A DNA stretch of 64,000 nt from the human T2T-CHM13v2.0 reference genome, Homo sapiens, in NCBI RefSeq assembly GCF_009914755.1, contig NC_060928.1. The stretch is one strand, 5' to 3'. Below are positions 1 through 14,318 of the stretch, one piece after another (position 1 is the stretch's first letter; every line of letters starts with the position of its first letter). Below the pieces are notes generated by a model that was not told the DNA's origin, made no database searches, and worked only from the letters and a program-made list of their open reading frames with translations. Both the position numbers and the translations under genes were made by a program.

Positions 1-1239
1 GTTTTATTTTATTTAAATGCTTTCCTAAACTTGTCAAGATTACTGAGTGTGGCCATGTTGCTATAGAGTATAAGTATTATGTGTAGTCAGTATTTACAAG
101 GTATTTATTTTAGTTATTTCTTGACTAACTTCAGGGTTGGGAATAATAATGAAATATCATTATCTCTTCTAAACAAATTAATGCTACTTGAGCTCAACAT
201 GACAAATTTTCTAATCCAAATAAGTTATCCTCTTTCAGAGCCCTGAGCCCAGGTAGCTTTTACTTTAATTTTATGGGTGAATTTGCAGTCTAATTAATTT
301 TCTAGTATCTTTTAAAAGAGGCCTGTGGCCAGGTAATGACAAGGACAGATTTCCCTTCCACTGTGTTCCATGGATACCAGGATATAGATGACTCTATCAG
401 CAAATGCAGCTTGGCAATAAAGTATCATGAATCAATCCTAACAGTGACTCATCTTTCTTGACATCCTCTTCAATGGCAATCCCGCCTGCGAGAAGAAGCT
501 CTTGCTTTTTTCTGAATACTGATACATGTGGTCAGAATATTAGAGAAGGAAGGATGGTCTAGAAGCAATAAAACAAAATTCTAGTTTCACTCTTACTGCA
601 ATTCCAAAAAAGCAATTATATTTTAGCAATAGTAAAGCCCGTGAAATCTCTATCACATTATAATTTTTCCCTCACTTTTAGAGCCATATTTTACCTTGCT
701 ATGTGACCAAGAGATTTTTTAACCCTAAGTCTAATCTTGAGATTTCTATTTCATTTTCATTTTATTTCTATAACTCATACTTTCAGAGGCAAGGCTCCTT
801 CAGTGTAATTGATATGCCTGTCTTACAAGAGCTTAACGTTAGGGGAATAACTTTCCCCTTCCTTTTCGAACATACCTAGTGATAACAATACTCAAAACTA
901 ATGTTCGAATACAGCTTTAAAACATATCTTAAGCAACAAAAATATTTGTTCATGCAACCAACAAAGATTATTTTCTCCACTATTCTAGTTGAATTTGTAT
1001 CTATTTAATAGGAAACGCAGAACTATCATGTGACCAAAGACTGAGTTAGTTTCTCTCACATAGTTTCTTTCATTTTGGGTTACTTCCTCTATATTTCAAA
1101 AAAAAAGTACGAGGCTTGGGGTAGTTACAGGACACAAGTTTGTGTTGCTAGAAAATACGGGGCAAAACTGTGAGCCCCAAAATGCTGACTCCACATTTAA
1201 TGCCATTTTTATTAAGCCCCATTAGCAATAAAAAATAAT

Positions 1240-1468
1240 ATTAATGATATTTATGAAGTACTCTGAAATTGTAGATGTGCAGGACACTATAGGCTTTATT
1301 TCATTTAATCTTAACAACACTATGACATAAATATTAGAATTGTTCCCACTCTACAGATGAAGAGATTAAAATAAAGGATAAAATAATAAAAATGGCATTG
1401 CTTCCTGAGCTAGAATGTATTCAAGTGGCGAGTTCCAGAGTGCCCACAGCTAACCACTTAGCTGTACT
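1240..1468 (-). mobile_element. MIR SINE, diverged
   Basis: tcatttaatcttaacaacactatga...ttcccactctacagatgaaga resembles the reverse complement of the MIR core; ends approximate. Confidence 0.6.
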
Positions 1469-1689
1469 GTTCCCAAACACTTCACTTGAAAAAGAAAGGA
1501 AGTACCATGTAGAACTTTCTCATATCATAAGTATTTTGCACCAAATTGTACATTACATTCCTCAAATAATTCACAGAATCACTCATCAAAGATAAGTTCT
1601 ATCTTTCAGGAGCTTCATGTGCACATGTAAATTCAAATCTACCTTTGCATCCACACAATTATTTTTTTAAAAGTAAGAATGAATGCTAG

Positions 1690-2062
1690 TGTCTTAGTCC
1701 ATCCAGGATGCTATAAAAAGCACTATGAACTAGGTGGCTTATAAACAACAGAAACTCATTTCCCAGAGTTCTGAAGCCTGGGAAGTTCAAAGTCAAAGTG
1801 CTAGTAGAGGTGATGTCTGGTGAGGACCGTATTCTAGGCTGCAGACTGACAACTTTTCATTGCATTCTCACATGGCAGAAAGATGGTGAGAGACCTCTCT
1901 GGGGTTCCTTTTATAAGAGCATGAATCTCACTCATGAGAGCTCCACCCTCATGACTTTATCATCTTTCAAAGGCCCCCACCTCCTAATACCATAATATTG
2001 GTGAATAAGTTTTAATATATGGATTTCAGAGAGTGGTGGAGAGAAACATTCAGATTGTAGCA
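1690..2062 (-). mobile_element. MaLR solo LTR (MLT1A/MSTD-like)
   Basis: Begins tgtcttagtcc, contains ggcttataaacaacagaaa...gtctggtgagg...ctcacatggcagaa, ends tagca; near 5-bp TSD gctag/ggtag. Confidence 0.8.
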
Positions 2063-2127
2063 GGTAGTAAAGACAATGGGAAAAAGATAGAAGACAGAGA
2101 TAAATGAAGAACCAGCTCAGCCCCTCT

Positions 2128-2766
2128 TATTCCCAGACCAAACTGAGGGTCAGGCTGCTCTTTCCTGTGGCCCAATAACTGGATGCAGATGAACTGGGGA
2201 GGAAGAGAGTTTTTATTTCTGTGACCAGTTACAGGGAGAAGGCCTGAAAATTATTGCCAGGCCAACTCAAAATTACAAAGTTTCCCAGAGCTCATATAAC
2301 CTTCTAAGCTGTATGTCTATGTGTAAGTGTGGATTCACCTAAAGACATATGGGATTAACTTCTTTTAATCTATAACTAAGGTCTGAGTCCTGAAGACCCT
2401 CCTCTGGAGCCTCAGTAAATTTACTTAATCTAAAGGGGCCCAGGTGCTGGGGTGATTATCTTGTCTCCTGCTAAATCACGGAGGTTTGGGGAGTTCTTTC
2501 AGGCTTACAACAAACTTGTTTTTGGAGGCCTGGGGAGTTTCTTCAGACCCACAATAAAACTTGTTTAATCCTAAATGGGTCCTGTTAAGAATTCCTTCTT
2601 TATTTTTTCATGCTTTAAGGCCAAGGAAAAGCTTAGGCAAAACTCTTGGTGGGCTCTTTGTTACATTCCAGCCTTTGTATAAGGGCACTGGCTTTTAGTA
2701 TTTAACTTAACCACTTAGTCAGTACTGAAAGAGTTGTTATGCGTTAGTGAAACCTGGCCTGCCACG
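2128..2766 (-). mobile_element. ERV1-class solo LTR, probably PABL_A/PABL_B
   Basis: 639 bp flanked by 4-bp TSD ctct (2124-2127, 2767-2770); minus strand starts gtggcaggccaggtttcactaacgc...agtggttaagttaaat; AATAAA on minus strand near 2211-2217; family name from memory. Confidence 0.65.
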
Positions 2767-3329
2767 CTCTCCTCTCTTTCACGGTGAGTTGAACCAAGGT
2801 GATGATTTATAAAGGTATGTGGGAAGTCCCAACATGCTTATGAACATGCTGTTAAAAATGTTCATTTCTGGGAATTGAACCTCAAAGTCCTGATTAAACT
2901 TTTTAGCTTATTTCCTAAAGTCCAGTGTGCCGCAAGGCTTTGTAGAGGTTGTATTTGAACAAAGTCTAAGATGGGCTAGGGAGATAACCAGGATGAAAGA
3001 AAAATGAAGCTTTGCTCTCTTTCCTTTTTCTTAGTTGGGGACAGGTAATTTTGTAAGAAAAGACATGTTTGAAAGATGAATGAGTCATTTTGCGGGTGAT
3101 ATTGGCAAGAACATTTAGCTTCCTGTGACCACATAGCAATGTTCTTAAAACAGGTTTTGATGTTCAGAGATGAAAGTACCTAACATAGAAAGAGGCATGA
3201 ATATTCTTGAAAAGAGCTCATATTAACACTAAGTATGTTATCAGGATTATTTTACAAATGATCAAGGCTGCAGTTCCCACTTCCCATATTTCAGTTCATT
3301 CCCTGCCAGCATTCTTTGAATTAATTGAT

Positions 3330-3512
3330 ACTATCATATTCTATCAATTCTAAGACACTTGAGTTTTCCACATATTACCATCTCGAAAATAGAAATGCAT
3401 TTTGTAGTTGGCATCATGTGATTGTAAATTGGCAGTTGTTTTTTTTCCTTCCTTTTTCAGGGAAACAAAATAATGAAGTCTCATAATCAGTGCTATCTTC
3501 AGATTAATGACA
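3330..3512. mobile_element. Possible ancient TcMar-Tigger MITE remnant
   Basis: tattctatcaattctaagac ... atcttcagattaatga resemble decayed terminal inverted repeats of old Tigger/MamRep MITEs. Confidence 0.35.
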
Positions 3513-4405
3513 TTCTCTATTCAGGAGGTAAAAGGAGACAGTGCTGTTTTTTTGTGTTATTTCTATAAACACAATAACTTATATTGTATGATTCAGAGGG
3601 CACTAAACAACTGATTGTAATCTCTGATTATCACACATGACGCCTGACATTCCAAGACTAGTAACCGATTCTTTAAAAGTAAATATTGTTTATTCCTAAA
3701 GCTTTAACTCTGAATACTATCTCGTTTGGCAATACTTTGGACTAATCTCTAGGATCCAGAAATCCATGGTTATAATTCACAGTTTCATAAACCTAAAATT
3801 GTGTGTGTTAACACTTTTGTGTGTGTATGTGTATATAGCAGATACTTTTAATTCCCTGCCCATATCCTCTTGGCATTAATTTTCACACACACCTGATTGT
3901 TTACATGAAAAACTGCAAATTTTTTGAGGGTTTTTTAATATTATGTGTGCACATTTTACTTGCACCTAAAGCAAGCCACAAGTGCTTGGGAGATAATGAT
4001 CATAGAAGCAGCCTTTGAAAATTATGGAAGGGGCATTGGTAGATAAATATTTCCATTTCTGTGCTCTTGGTTGGGATACCTCTGAGGAATATCGTATACT
4101 ATCTCCAGATTTCCTCAGTAGGATTGAGTTCTGATTGTCCACAATGATAGCTGGCTTTATCATGAAATTTTATTGGCTTATTTTCTTTACCTCTCTTATT
4201 TCCACACTCCTGTGCCAAATTAACTATTTGCCCTTGAATCCTAATAGTTTATACACATATTGTCTCTCTGTGTGTCTGTGTGTGTGCATGCACATTTTTT
4301 TAGAGAAAATGTGCTGTTTAATCAAATATGTTTGATTAAGAACAACTATCTTATTATGAATTTGTTAGCTCTTTTAAAAATAGGATCTGATTCTGAAAAG
4401 AGAGC

Positions 4406-4941
4406 TGTGAAAGAATTAGCCCAGCATGCTCCTTGTATGCCTCCATGGAACCTTGGAACCACAATTTACCTTTGACCAACTTCTGGTAATCTGGGCCTCA
4501 GAAGACTCTTTATGTTGACGATTGATGATTCTGTTGTATACACCTGGAGAACAGACTATGCCATGTGAGCTTCTCAAGCTTAACATCAAGATTGATGATG
4601 TGTACCTAGTTTTATTGTTGGGTTCCTGAGTTGTTGTTACCATGGCTGGTTGTGCAGCAGGATGTATCTACACGAAGAGCCTACATAAAAGCCTTCTCTT
4701 GGCAGATTCTCCTTTTATATGTCCTTGTAGTTCACATCAAAAGAAAAGCACATCCTATATAATGAGGACTAGGAATCGTGTATTTGTCCTCTCTAAACTC
4801 TGCCTAATGCCTGCCTTCCTATTGTTCTTGCTCTGTACCCTTTTGCTCTAATGAAACTTGGCTATGAGTACAACCTCTGTTGCATCTTATGAGTCCTAGA
4901 GAGTAAACCTACTTGAGAATGTTCTTGAGACCTCTGAAACA
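4406..4941 (+). mobile_element. Old ERVL-class LTR (MER68/MER77-like)
   Basis: tgtg start; 3' portion ttgctctgtacccttttgctctaatgaaacttggctatgagtac...gagtcc...tcttgagacctctgaaaca resembles the MER68/MER77/MER21 3' end. Confidence 0.5.
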
Positions 4942-5589
4942 AGCACCAAGTAAATTTTGGTAGGAATGCAGAGAGCAGAAATGTTTACTCCTAGGACACC
5001 TTCTAGGGAAAGGCGTGCCAAATTGACGGTTTCACATTTGGGGTAGATGGAGGAAATCTGGAAGGCTGGTGAGTAATTCTGGGCTATTGAATTCTCTCCA
5101 AAGAAGAGCCTGTAGAAGACTATTATACACAACTTCACTGCCTGCACAAATCCTGCTTAAGATTCACATTTAGAATAAAGAGCAAAGAAAAGTGTCTCTT
5201 GTTATTCAATTATAGAAGAGATTGGTTAGCTCCTTTGTCATCAACATGTGGAAGACTAAACTGGTCACTAGAGAAAGTGTTCATCAATCTGTTTAGCCTG
5301 TAAACCTCAACTTTGAATACGGAAGTCAGAAATGGCAGGAATCTCTGCTGTTCTTATTTGGGAAATAGAAAGTTGCAATAAGTTTGGACAGAATTTAAAT
5401 AGAGTGATGCAAACTAATAAAAGAATGTACTAAGTCGGGGCCTACCTTGCAGCAGAACTGGCAGACAGGAAAGCCACATGCTCAAGAGTATAAAAAGCAT
5501 GTAATTCAGACGATGTCTTTTAACCTCCTCAGTATTTAAAGGCCCTAATAGAGGATTTTCTGCAGGTCAAATAAACTAGATAAATAATA

Positions 5590-5667
5590 TTAGGCTGGTG
5601 CAAAAGTAATTGCAGTTTCTGCTATCGCATAATGTCAAGAAACACAATTACTTTTGCACCCATCTAA
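5590..5667. mobile_element. MADE1 (Hsmar1-derived MITE)
   Basis: ttaggctggtgcaaaagtaattgc...acaattacttttgcacccatctaa; 78-bp palindromic element with TA duplications at 5588-5589 and 5668-5669. Confidence 0.92.
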
Positions 5668-6115
5668 TACAACAACTACATACTAATATATAAGAGCAGG
5701 TCTGCTATACTGGGTTTCTAAATGAAATCATTTTCAAATAAACTTTATTTTTCTATTTTTCTAGAGCTTACTAAACTTGTGGAGTACAGAATCATGAATT
5801 TGGACCCACCATTTTATGTTCAAGTCAGTGTATGCCACAAGAACAGTAGGAAATACTTGAGCAAGATAGCATTTACTTTGTTGAAATCACTAATGGCTCT
5901 TCTTCAGACAAAAAAAACAAACAAACAAAACCCTTGACGGCAAGTGCTATACATAGTGACAGTTCACCTCATTTTACTACTCCTCTGTTTCCTAAAATTT
6001 AATTCTCAGAACATTCAAATTACACTTGTCAGAATTTGCTCACCATATTGACAAAAGTAAAAACAAAAAGAAAATAACAAAAGGATTAATTTACTTTAAA
6101 AGAAAAAGTAGATTA

Positions 6116-6955
6116 CAGTAGTCCTCGCTTATCCACAGTTTTGCTTTCTGTGGTTTCAGTTATCCAAGGTCAACCACTGTGTAGAAACATAACACACAAT
6201 AAAACATTTTGAGAATGCAAGTGAGAGGGAGAGTGAGGAGAACATTCTCCTAACTTGTATTACAGTATATTGTAATAATTGTTCCATTTGTGAATGGAAA
6301 ATGAATCTTGGAGCCCCCAAATCACTAAGCTGAAGGGAAAAGTCAAGCTGAGAACTGCTTAAGGTGAACCCGTCTCCCATTCTATTCAAAGTCACCCCTT
6401 TGATCACTGAGATAAACGCATATATGATTTCTTTTTTTTTTTTTTTTTTGGAGAGGCTAATCAGGAACTCAAAAGAATGCAACCATTTGTCTCTTATTCA
6501 CCTATGACCTGGAAACCCCCTCCCCACTTCGAGTCTTCCTGTCCTTGGCCTTTGCTTCGAGTTGTCCTCCCTTTCCAGACTGAACCAATGTTCATCTTGC
6601 ATATGTTGATTGATGGCTCATGTCTCCCTAGAAAGTGTAAAACCAAACGTGCTCTGACCACCTTGGACACACGTCATCGGGACCTCCTGAGGCTGTGTAA
6701 CCAACACGCATTCTCAACCTTGGCAAAATAAACTTTCTAAATTAACTGAGACCTTCTCAGATTTTTTGGGTTCATACATTTTATTATTAGTTATCATTGC
6801 TGATATCTTATGATGCCTAATTTATAAATTAAACTTTTTCATAACTGTGTATGTATAAGAAAAAATAGTACATATAAGATTTTATACTATCTGCAGTTTC
6901 AGGCATTTATTGGGGGACTTGGAATGTGTACCCCACCGACAAAGGGGGACTACTT
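6116..6955 (+). mobile_element. MER44A (TcMar-Tigger MITE), split by MER4A LTR
   Basis: TIRs cagtagtcctcgcttatcc and gacaaagggggactact, TA on both sides; body matches MER44A as recalled. Confidence 0.85.
6289..6776 (+). mobile_element. MER4A/MER4A1 ERV1 solo LTR
   Basis: tgtgaatggaaaatgaatcttggagcccccaaatcactaagc...ggcaaaataaactttctaaattaactgagacc; 4-bp TSD catt at 6285-6288 and 6777-6780. Confidence 0.9.
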
Positions 6956-7489
6956 TACTGCAAAGTACGCTGTCACTTTAAAGTGTATTACAATGTGATG
7001 TTACTATAACCATCTCTCTAAAAAATGCTTTCCAGGGCTGAATCTTTATATTTATTTGAAGTCATATCTAAACAATTCAAGTTAAAGAGCATACTATAAT
7101 ATGGTTCTACTTATTAAGAGTTAGATTAAGATTTAAATGCAAATTTGTATTATGTGTCACAAATTCTATGTTATCTACAGCCACCAGTTAAGTCAAATGT
7201 CTTTTAATGTGCATTGAATTATATTCTTATAAATCCTAGCAGTTTCTAAGCCCTTGAGGCCTTGTGTTCACAATTTAAGTAAATTGCCACTAGATGGAAA
7301 TCTTGCAAATTTGGGGACATGAGACCAGACAGAATATTTCAAAGTTTATTTTTAAATTCATATACTATTGAATTTATTACTAAAGAAAATGAACTCATAA
7401 ACATTTATTATCAAGATATTACATTGTAATTCATAATAATCAGCTTATGACTTAATCTTCTCCCACTCCCACCCCAGAAAACCACCACC

Positions 7490-7605
7490 CAATGTTAAGT
7501 CCCTTGAAAAAGACGGTATACTTCATTCATCTCTGTACATTCAATTCCTAGTACATTGTTTGGGTCATGTTGGGTAATCAATGAATGTTTGATGAACCAA
7601 ATGCA
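7490..7605 (+). mobile_element. L2 3' end fragment
   Basis: ttcatctctgtac...cctagtacattg...tcaatgaatgtttgatgaa resembles the L2 tail. Confidence 0.5.
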
Positions 7606-8467
7606 AAAAGTTTTGTTTAAGGTGAATTTGTTTGATTTGAATAGTTATTTATTTTTAAACTATTTTTTACTTTAATTTAAAACAATAAATATTTTAACAT
7701 TACAGAAATGAATAAAAAAGAAAAAACCTAGGATTTTGTCATGTAACTGAAACTTCTGCATTCATGTCCTATTTTATAGGTATCATGTGGACTTCACTAT
7801 ACATTTATTAACTTATTTTGGTAAACTCAACCCCCACTGATAGCAATGAGGATTTAGGAGCCCAGTTGAGGCAGTGAGTGAGTAGGCTATCCAAGTTTAT
7901 TTGCAAAATAATCTCACTGGGAAGTAAGAACCTCTGTAACCCTCAGAGTAAGTAATTGTTCTTATGCAGCAATAGTCCCCCAGGAAAAGCAGGTTAGACA
8001 ATATTGATCTATACATTTTAGTCCCTTTTTGCTACCTAAAACCAAGTCATCAAGAGGTACAACAACATTCAAGGGCTTCCCCAAATTGGCAGGCTCAGCA
8101 AGATCATCTTTATTTACAACTCAAGACTCTCCCCTTGTGACCTCCTCCCTCTGTATTCACTGTGTAAATTCCTTTCTAACTTATTTGCAAAACTCCCACC
8201 AAGGCAGGGCTAGTTATACCATATGTTGCTCCTCCCCTGATAACTGTTGACTTCATTTCCTAAGGACTGTTCTCATTAAAATATTATGAACATGAATATT
8301 TCATATAATTATCATGAAAAAGAAACTCTTTTTAAAGGGTGGTATTAATTCAATTTAGACTTTGTTGGGTCATTTGTCTATTTGACCATTCCTCAGTTGT
8401 ATCTTTGCCTTACCTCAAGCTATTTCAAGTATGAAAATTTAATATCATGCTCCTTCTTTGATTTTCT

Positions 8468-8690
8468 CTTTTTTTAACTGAGGCAAGAACATTTAACATA
8501 AGAACCACTTTACAAATTTTTAAGAGCACAATATAGCACTGTTAACAATAGGCACTATGTTGTACAGAAGATCTCCAGAAGTTATTCATTTTGCATAACT
8601 AAAACTTTATACTGATTAAACAACTCCTCTCCCCAATGCTTCTGTTAACCACCATGCCTTTTCTGTTTCTATGAATTGATTATTTTTATA
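8468..8690 (-). mobile_element. L1MA/L1MB 3' UTR end
   Basis: T-run then acaatatagcactgttaacaataggcactatgttgtacagaagatctccagaa...gcataactaaaacttta, antisense old L1 3' end. Confidence 0.75.
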
Positions 8691-8847
8691 GTGCTAAATG
8701 CCTAAATCAAAAAGTTAGAAAGATTACAAATTAACAACCTAACATCACACCAAAAGGAACTAGAAAAAAAAAAAAACAAACAAACCAACTCCAAAACTAA
8801 CAGAAGAAAAGAAATAACCAAAATCACAGCTAAACTGAATGAAATAG

Positions 8848-9165
<318 letters not shown>

Positions 9166-11415
9166 TTATACAAAAGATAAACAAAATCAAAAGTTGTTTA
9201 ATTGAAATAATAAATAAGATTGACAGACCACTCGTTAGAATAATAAAGAAAAAAAGAGAGAAGATCCAAATAAACACAAGCAGAAATGACAAAGGTAACA
9301 TTACCATCGACTTTACAGAAATACAAAAAACCATCAAAGTCTATTATGGAAACCTCTATACACATAAACTAGAAAACCTAGAAGAAATGAATAAATTCCT
9401 AGAAACATACAGCCTCCCAAGAGTGAGAAAGGAAGAAACTGAATTCCCAAACAGACCAATAACAAATTGCAAAATTGAATCAGTAATAAAAATTCTACTA
9501 ACCAGAAAAAGCCATAAACCACACAGATTTACAGCTGAATTCTACCAGATATATGAAGAAGAACAGGTACCAATCCTACTGAAACTGTTCCAAGAAACTG
9601 AGGAGAGACTCTTCCCTTGCTCATTCTATGATGCCAGCATCATCCTGATACCAAAATCCAGCAGAGACACAACAACAAAAAAAAGAAAACTCCAAACCAA
9701 TATCCTCGATGAACATAGCTACAAAAATCCTCAACAAAATACTAGCAAACTGAATCCAGCAGCACATCAAAAAGCTAATCTCTCATTGAGATAAGCTAAT
9801 CTCTGATTGATGTGCTGCTGGAGCACATCAAAAAGCTGACCATGATTAAGTTTTTTCCTGGGATGCAAGGTTGGTTTAACATAGGCAAATCAATAAACAT
9901 AATGCATTACATAAACAGGACTAAACACTAAAACCACATGAGCATCTCAATAAATGAAGAAAAGGCTTTTGACAAAATTCAACATCCCTTCATGTTAAAA
10001 ACTGTCAATAAACTAGGCATTGAAGATAAATATCTCAAAATAATAAAAGCCATCTTTGTCAAACCCACAGCCAACATCATACTAAGTGGGCAAAAGCTGG
10101 AAGCTTTCCCCAGGAGAAACAGAACAAGACAAGGATGCCCACTGTTACCACTCTTATTCAACATAGTTGAATAACAAAAATAAGTTGAAATAAGTTGAAA
10201 AATAGTTGAAATAAGAAAAAGAAATAAAGAAGTAAAAGGCATCTAAATAGGAAGAGAGGAAATCAAACTATCTCTCTTGATAGATGATATGATTCTATAC
10301 CTAGAAAACCCCATAATCTCTATACAAATGCTCCTAGAATTCACAAGCTATTTCAGTAAAGTTTCAGGATACAAAATCAATGGACAAAAATTAGTACATT
10401 TCTATATGCCAATGAAATTTAAATGGAAAGCCAAATCAGAAATGCAATCTCATTAACAAGAATCAAAAAAAAAAAAAGAATAAGATACCTAGGAATATAG
10501 CTAAACAGAGAGGTGACATCTCTACAATAAAAATTACAAAACACTGCTGAAAGAAATCATAAATAACACAAACAAATGCAAAAACATTCCATATTCATGG
10601 AAAGAAATAATCAATGTCATTAAAATGGCCATATTGCCCAAAACAATTTACAGATTCAATGCTGTCAAACTATGTATCCTATCAAATTACCAATGCCACT
10701 TTTTGCAGAATTAGGAAAAAACTATTCCAAAATCAATATGAAACAAAAAAAAATGGTTTTGTCTAAGCAAAAGAACAAAGCTGGAGGCATCACGTTACCT
10801 GACTTCAAAGTACATATCAAGGCTAAAATAACCAAAACAGCATAATACTAGTACAAAAATAGACATATAGGCCAATGGAATAGGATAGGAAACCCAGAAA
10901 TAAAACCATATACCTACAGCCATTTGATCTTTGAAAAAGTTAACAAAAATGAACAATCAGAGAAGGACTCCCTATTTAATAAAAGGTGCTGGGATAACTG
11001 GCTAGTCATATGTAGAGGTTTGAAACTGGACCCCTTCCTTTATACCATATATAAAAATCAACTCAAGATTGATTAAACACAAATGTAAAACCAAAGACTC
11101 TAAAAACCGTAGAAGAAAACCTAGGAAATACCATCCTGGACATAGGCCTTAGCAAATATGACAAAAACTTAACATTTCATGACAAAAGCAATGGAAGCAA
11201 AAACAAAAATTGGCAAGTGGGACCTAATGAAACTAAAGAGCTTCTACATAGCAGAAGAAACTGTAAACAGAGTAAAGGGACAACCTACAAAATGGGAGAA
11301 AATACTTGCAAACTATGCATCTGACAAAGATCTAATATCCAGAATCTATGAACTTAAATAAATCAACAAGCCAAAAAAAAAAAAAAAAAAGAAAACTCAT
11401 TAAAAATGGGCGCTA

Positions 11416-11797
<382 letters not shown>

Positions 11798-13811
11798 TCA
11801 TCATTAGAAAAATACAAATGAAATTCACAATGAGATACCATCTCACACTAGTTAAGAATAATTATTTAAACATCATATTTCAATCTTTAATTTTTTTCTG
11901 AATTCCGGCAGGAAATGGAGTATTATTATTAAATCCCTTCAACCTCAACAAGTTTGCTTGCTATGTACCTTGAAAACCCTATGAGATTCGATTTTCAGGA
12001 CCAAATACAACCTGCAGAATGCAAAGTTTCTTGTATAGGGAAGATAGTTATAGTGTAGGACCACCATATTATAGTAGTTGAGTGTATTTTTGGCTCTGAC
12101 TTTGAAGGGTCACTCAGCCTCGGGTGGCTTTGTCTACAGGTAAAGAATTGCTTTATCTAAGCAGATTTTCTTTTTCTTTTTTCAATAGATACGGAGCTTG
12201 GCGAATACAGAATATTGAGTCTCTAGCAAATGCAGAATAATCAGTTCTTACCAAACATGAACTTCCAAGACATTAGAAAATGCTGACCTTTTGGAGTCAG
12301 CAATGTGTGCTAATGTTAGTTTAAGCATATGAACTATTACAGTTTGACCTCAACTATGCAGTATGTCCTTGCAAGTGAGGTCTTGGTATGGATTAAATCG
12401 TTTTGTAACAGGGGAAGAGAAAATATTTGCCATTTTATAGTGTATCTCAGCTGTGAAGGCATGAATTTAAAAGTTGAAAATGTGCTATGTTTTGTATCAA
12501 AGGTCACAATCAATAGAGTGAAAAGACAATGTACAGAATTAGAAAAATATTTGGAGATAAAAATCTGATAAAAAGTTAATATATGGAATATATTTTAAAA
12601 ACTCCTACAAGTCAACAACAACAAAAATCAATAACCTGATTTAAAAAGTCAGCAAAGTACATAAATAGGCATTTTCCCAAATTTGACATATAAATGGCAA
12701 ACAAGCAAATGAAAAGATGCTCAACATCACTAATTGCTAGAGAAATGCAAATCAACCACCAGGAGATATTATCTCACAACCATCACAATGGCTACTATGA
12801 AAAACAAAAACCAAAATAAATGTTTGAAAGGATGTAGAGAAACTAGAACCCTGTTCACAGTTAATAGGATTGTGAAATGGTATAAGTGTTACGGGAAATA
12901 GGATGTAGATTTCTCAAAAAATTGAAAATAGAATTACAATTTCTGGTTATATATCGAAAGGAATTGAAACCCAGGTCTTGAAGAAATATTTGCACACCCA
13001 TGTTCATAGCAGAAGTATTTACAATCACCAAGAGATAAAAGGAAACCAAATGTCCATCGACAATAAATAATAAAGTGCAGTATATACATACAATGAAACA
13101 TTATTCAACTTTAAAAAAGAAGAAGTTTTTATCACATGCTACAACGTGAATGAACCTTGAGGATGTCATAGTAGGTGAAATAAGGGAGTCAAAAAAAGAC
13201 AAATACAGGCATACTTTGGAGATATTGAGGGTTCTGTTCCAGATGACTTCAATAAAGCAACTATTGCAATGAAGTGAGTTGCACAATTTTTTTTGTTTTC
13301 CAGTGCACATAAAATTTACATTTACACTATAGTATAGATTATTAATTATGCAACAGCATTATGTCTAAAAACAATGCACACACCTTAATAAAAATGTTTT
13401 ATTGCTAAAAATGGCTAACAATCATTTGAGCCTTCAGCAAGTCATAATTTCTTTGTTAGTGGAGAGTCTCACCTTAATGCGGATGGCTGTTCACTGATCA
13501 GGACAGTGCTTGTTGAAGTTTGGTAATTTCTTAAAATAAGACAACAATGAAGTTTGCCATATCAAATGACTGTTCCTTTCCTGGAATATTTCTCTATAGC
13601 ATGTGAAACTTTTTTTCATTTTTTTTTTATTTTTCCATAGGTTTTTGGACTAGAGGTAGTATTTGGTTACATGAGTAAGTTCTGTAGTGGTGATTTGTGA
13701 GATTTTGATCCACCTATAACCCAAGCAGTATACACTACACCCTATTTGTAGTCTTTTATCCCTCATCTCCATCCCACCCTCCCCCACAATCCCCCAAAGT
13801 CCATTGTATAA

Positions 13812-14111
<300 letters not shown>

Positions 14112-14318
14112 CGTTGTATAATTCTCATGCCTTTGCATCCTCATAGCTTAGCTCCCACATATCAGTGAGGACATATGATATTTGGTTTTCCATTCCTGAA
14201 TTACTTCAGTTAGAATAATAGTCTCCAATCTCATCCAGGTCACTCTGAATGCCATTAATTCATTCCTTTTTATGGCTGAGTAGTATTCCATAGTATATAT
14301 ATGCCACAGTTTCTTTAT

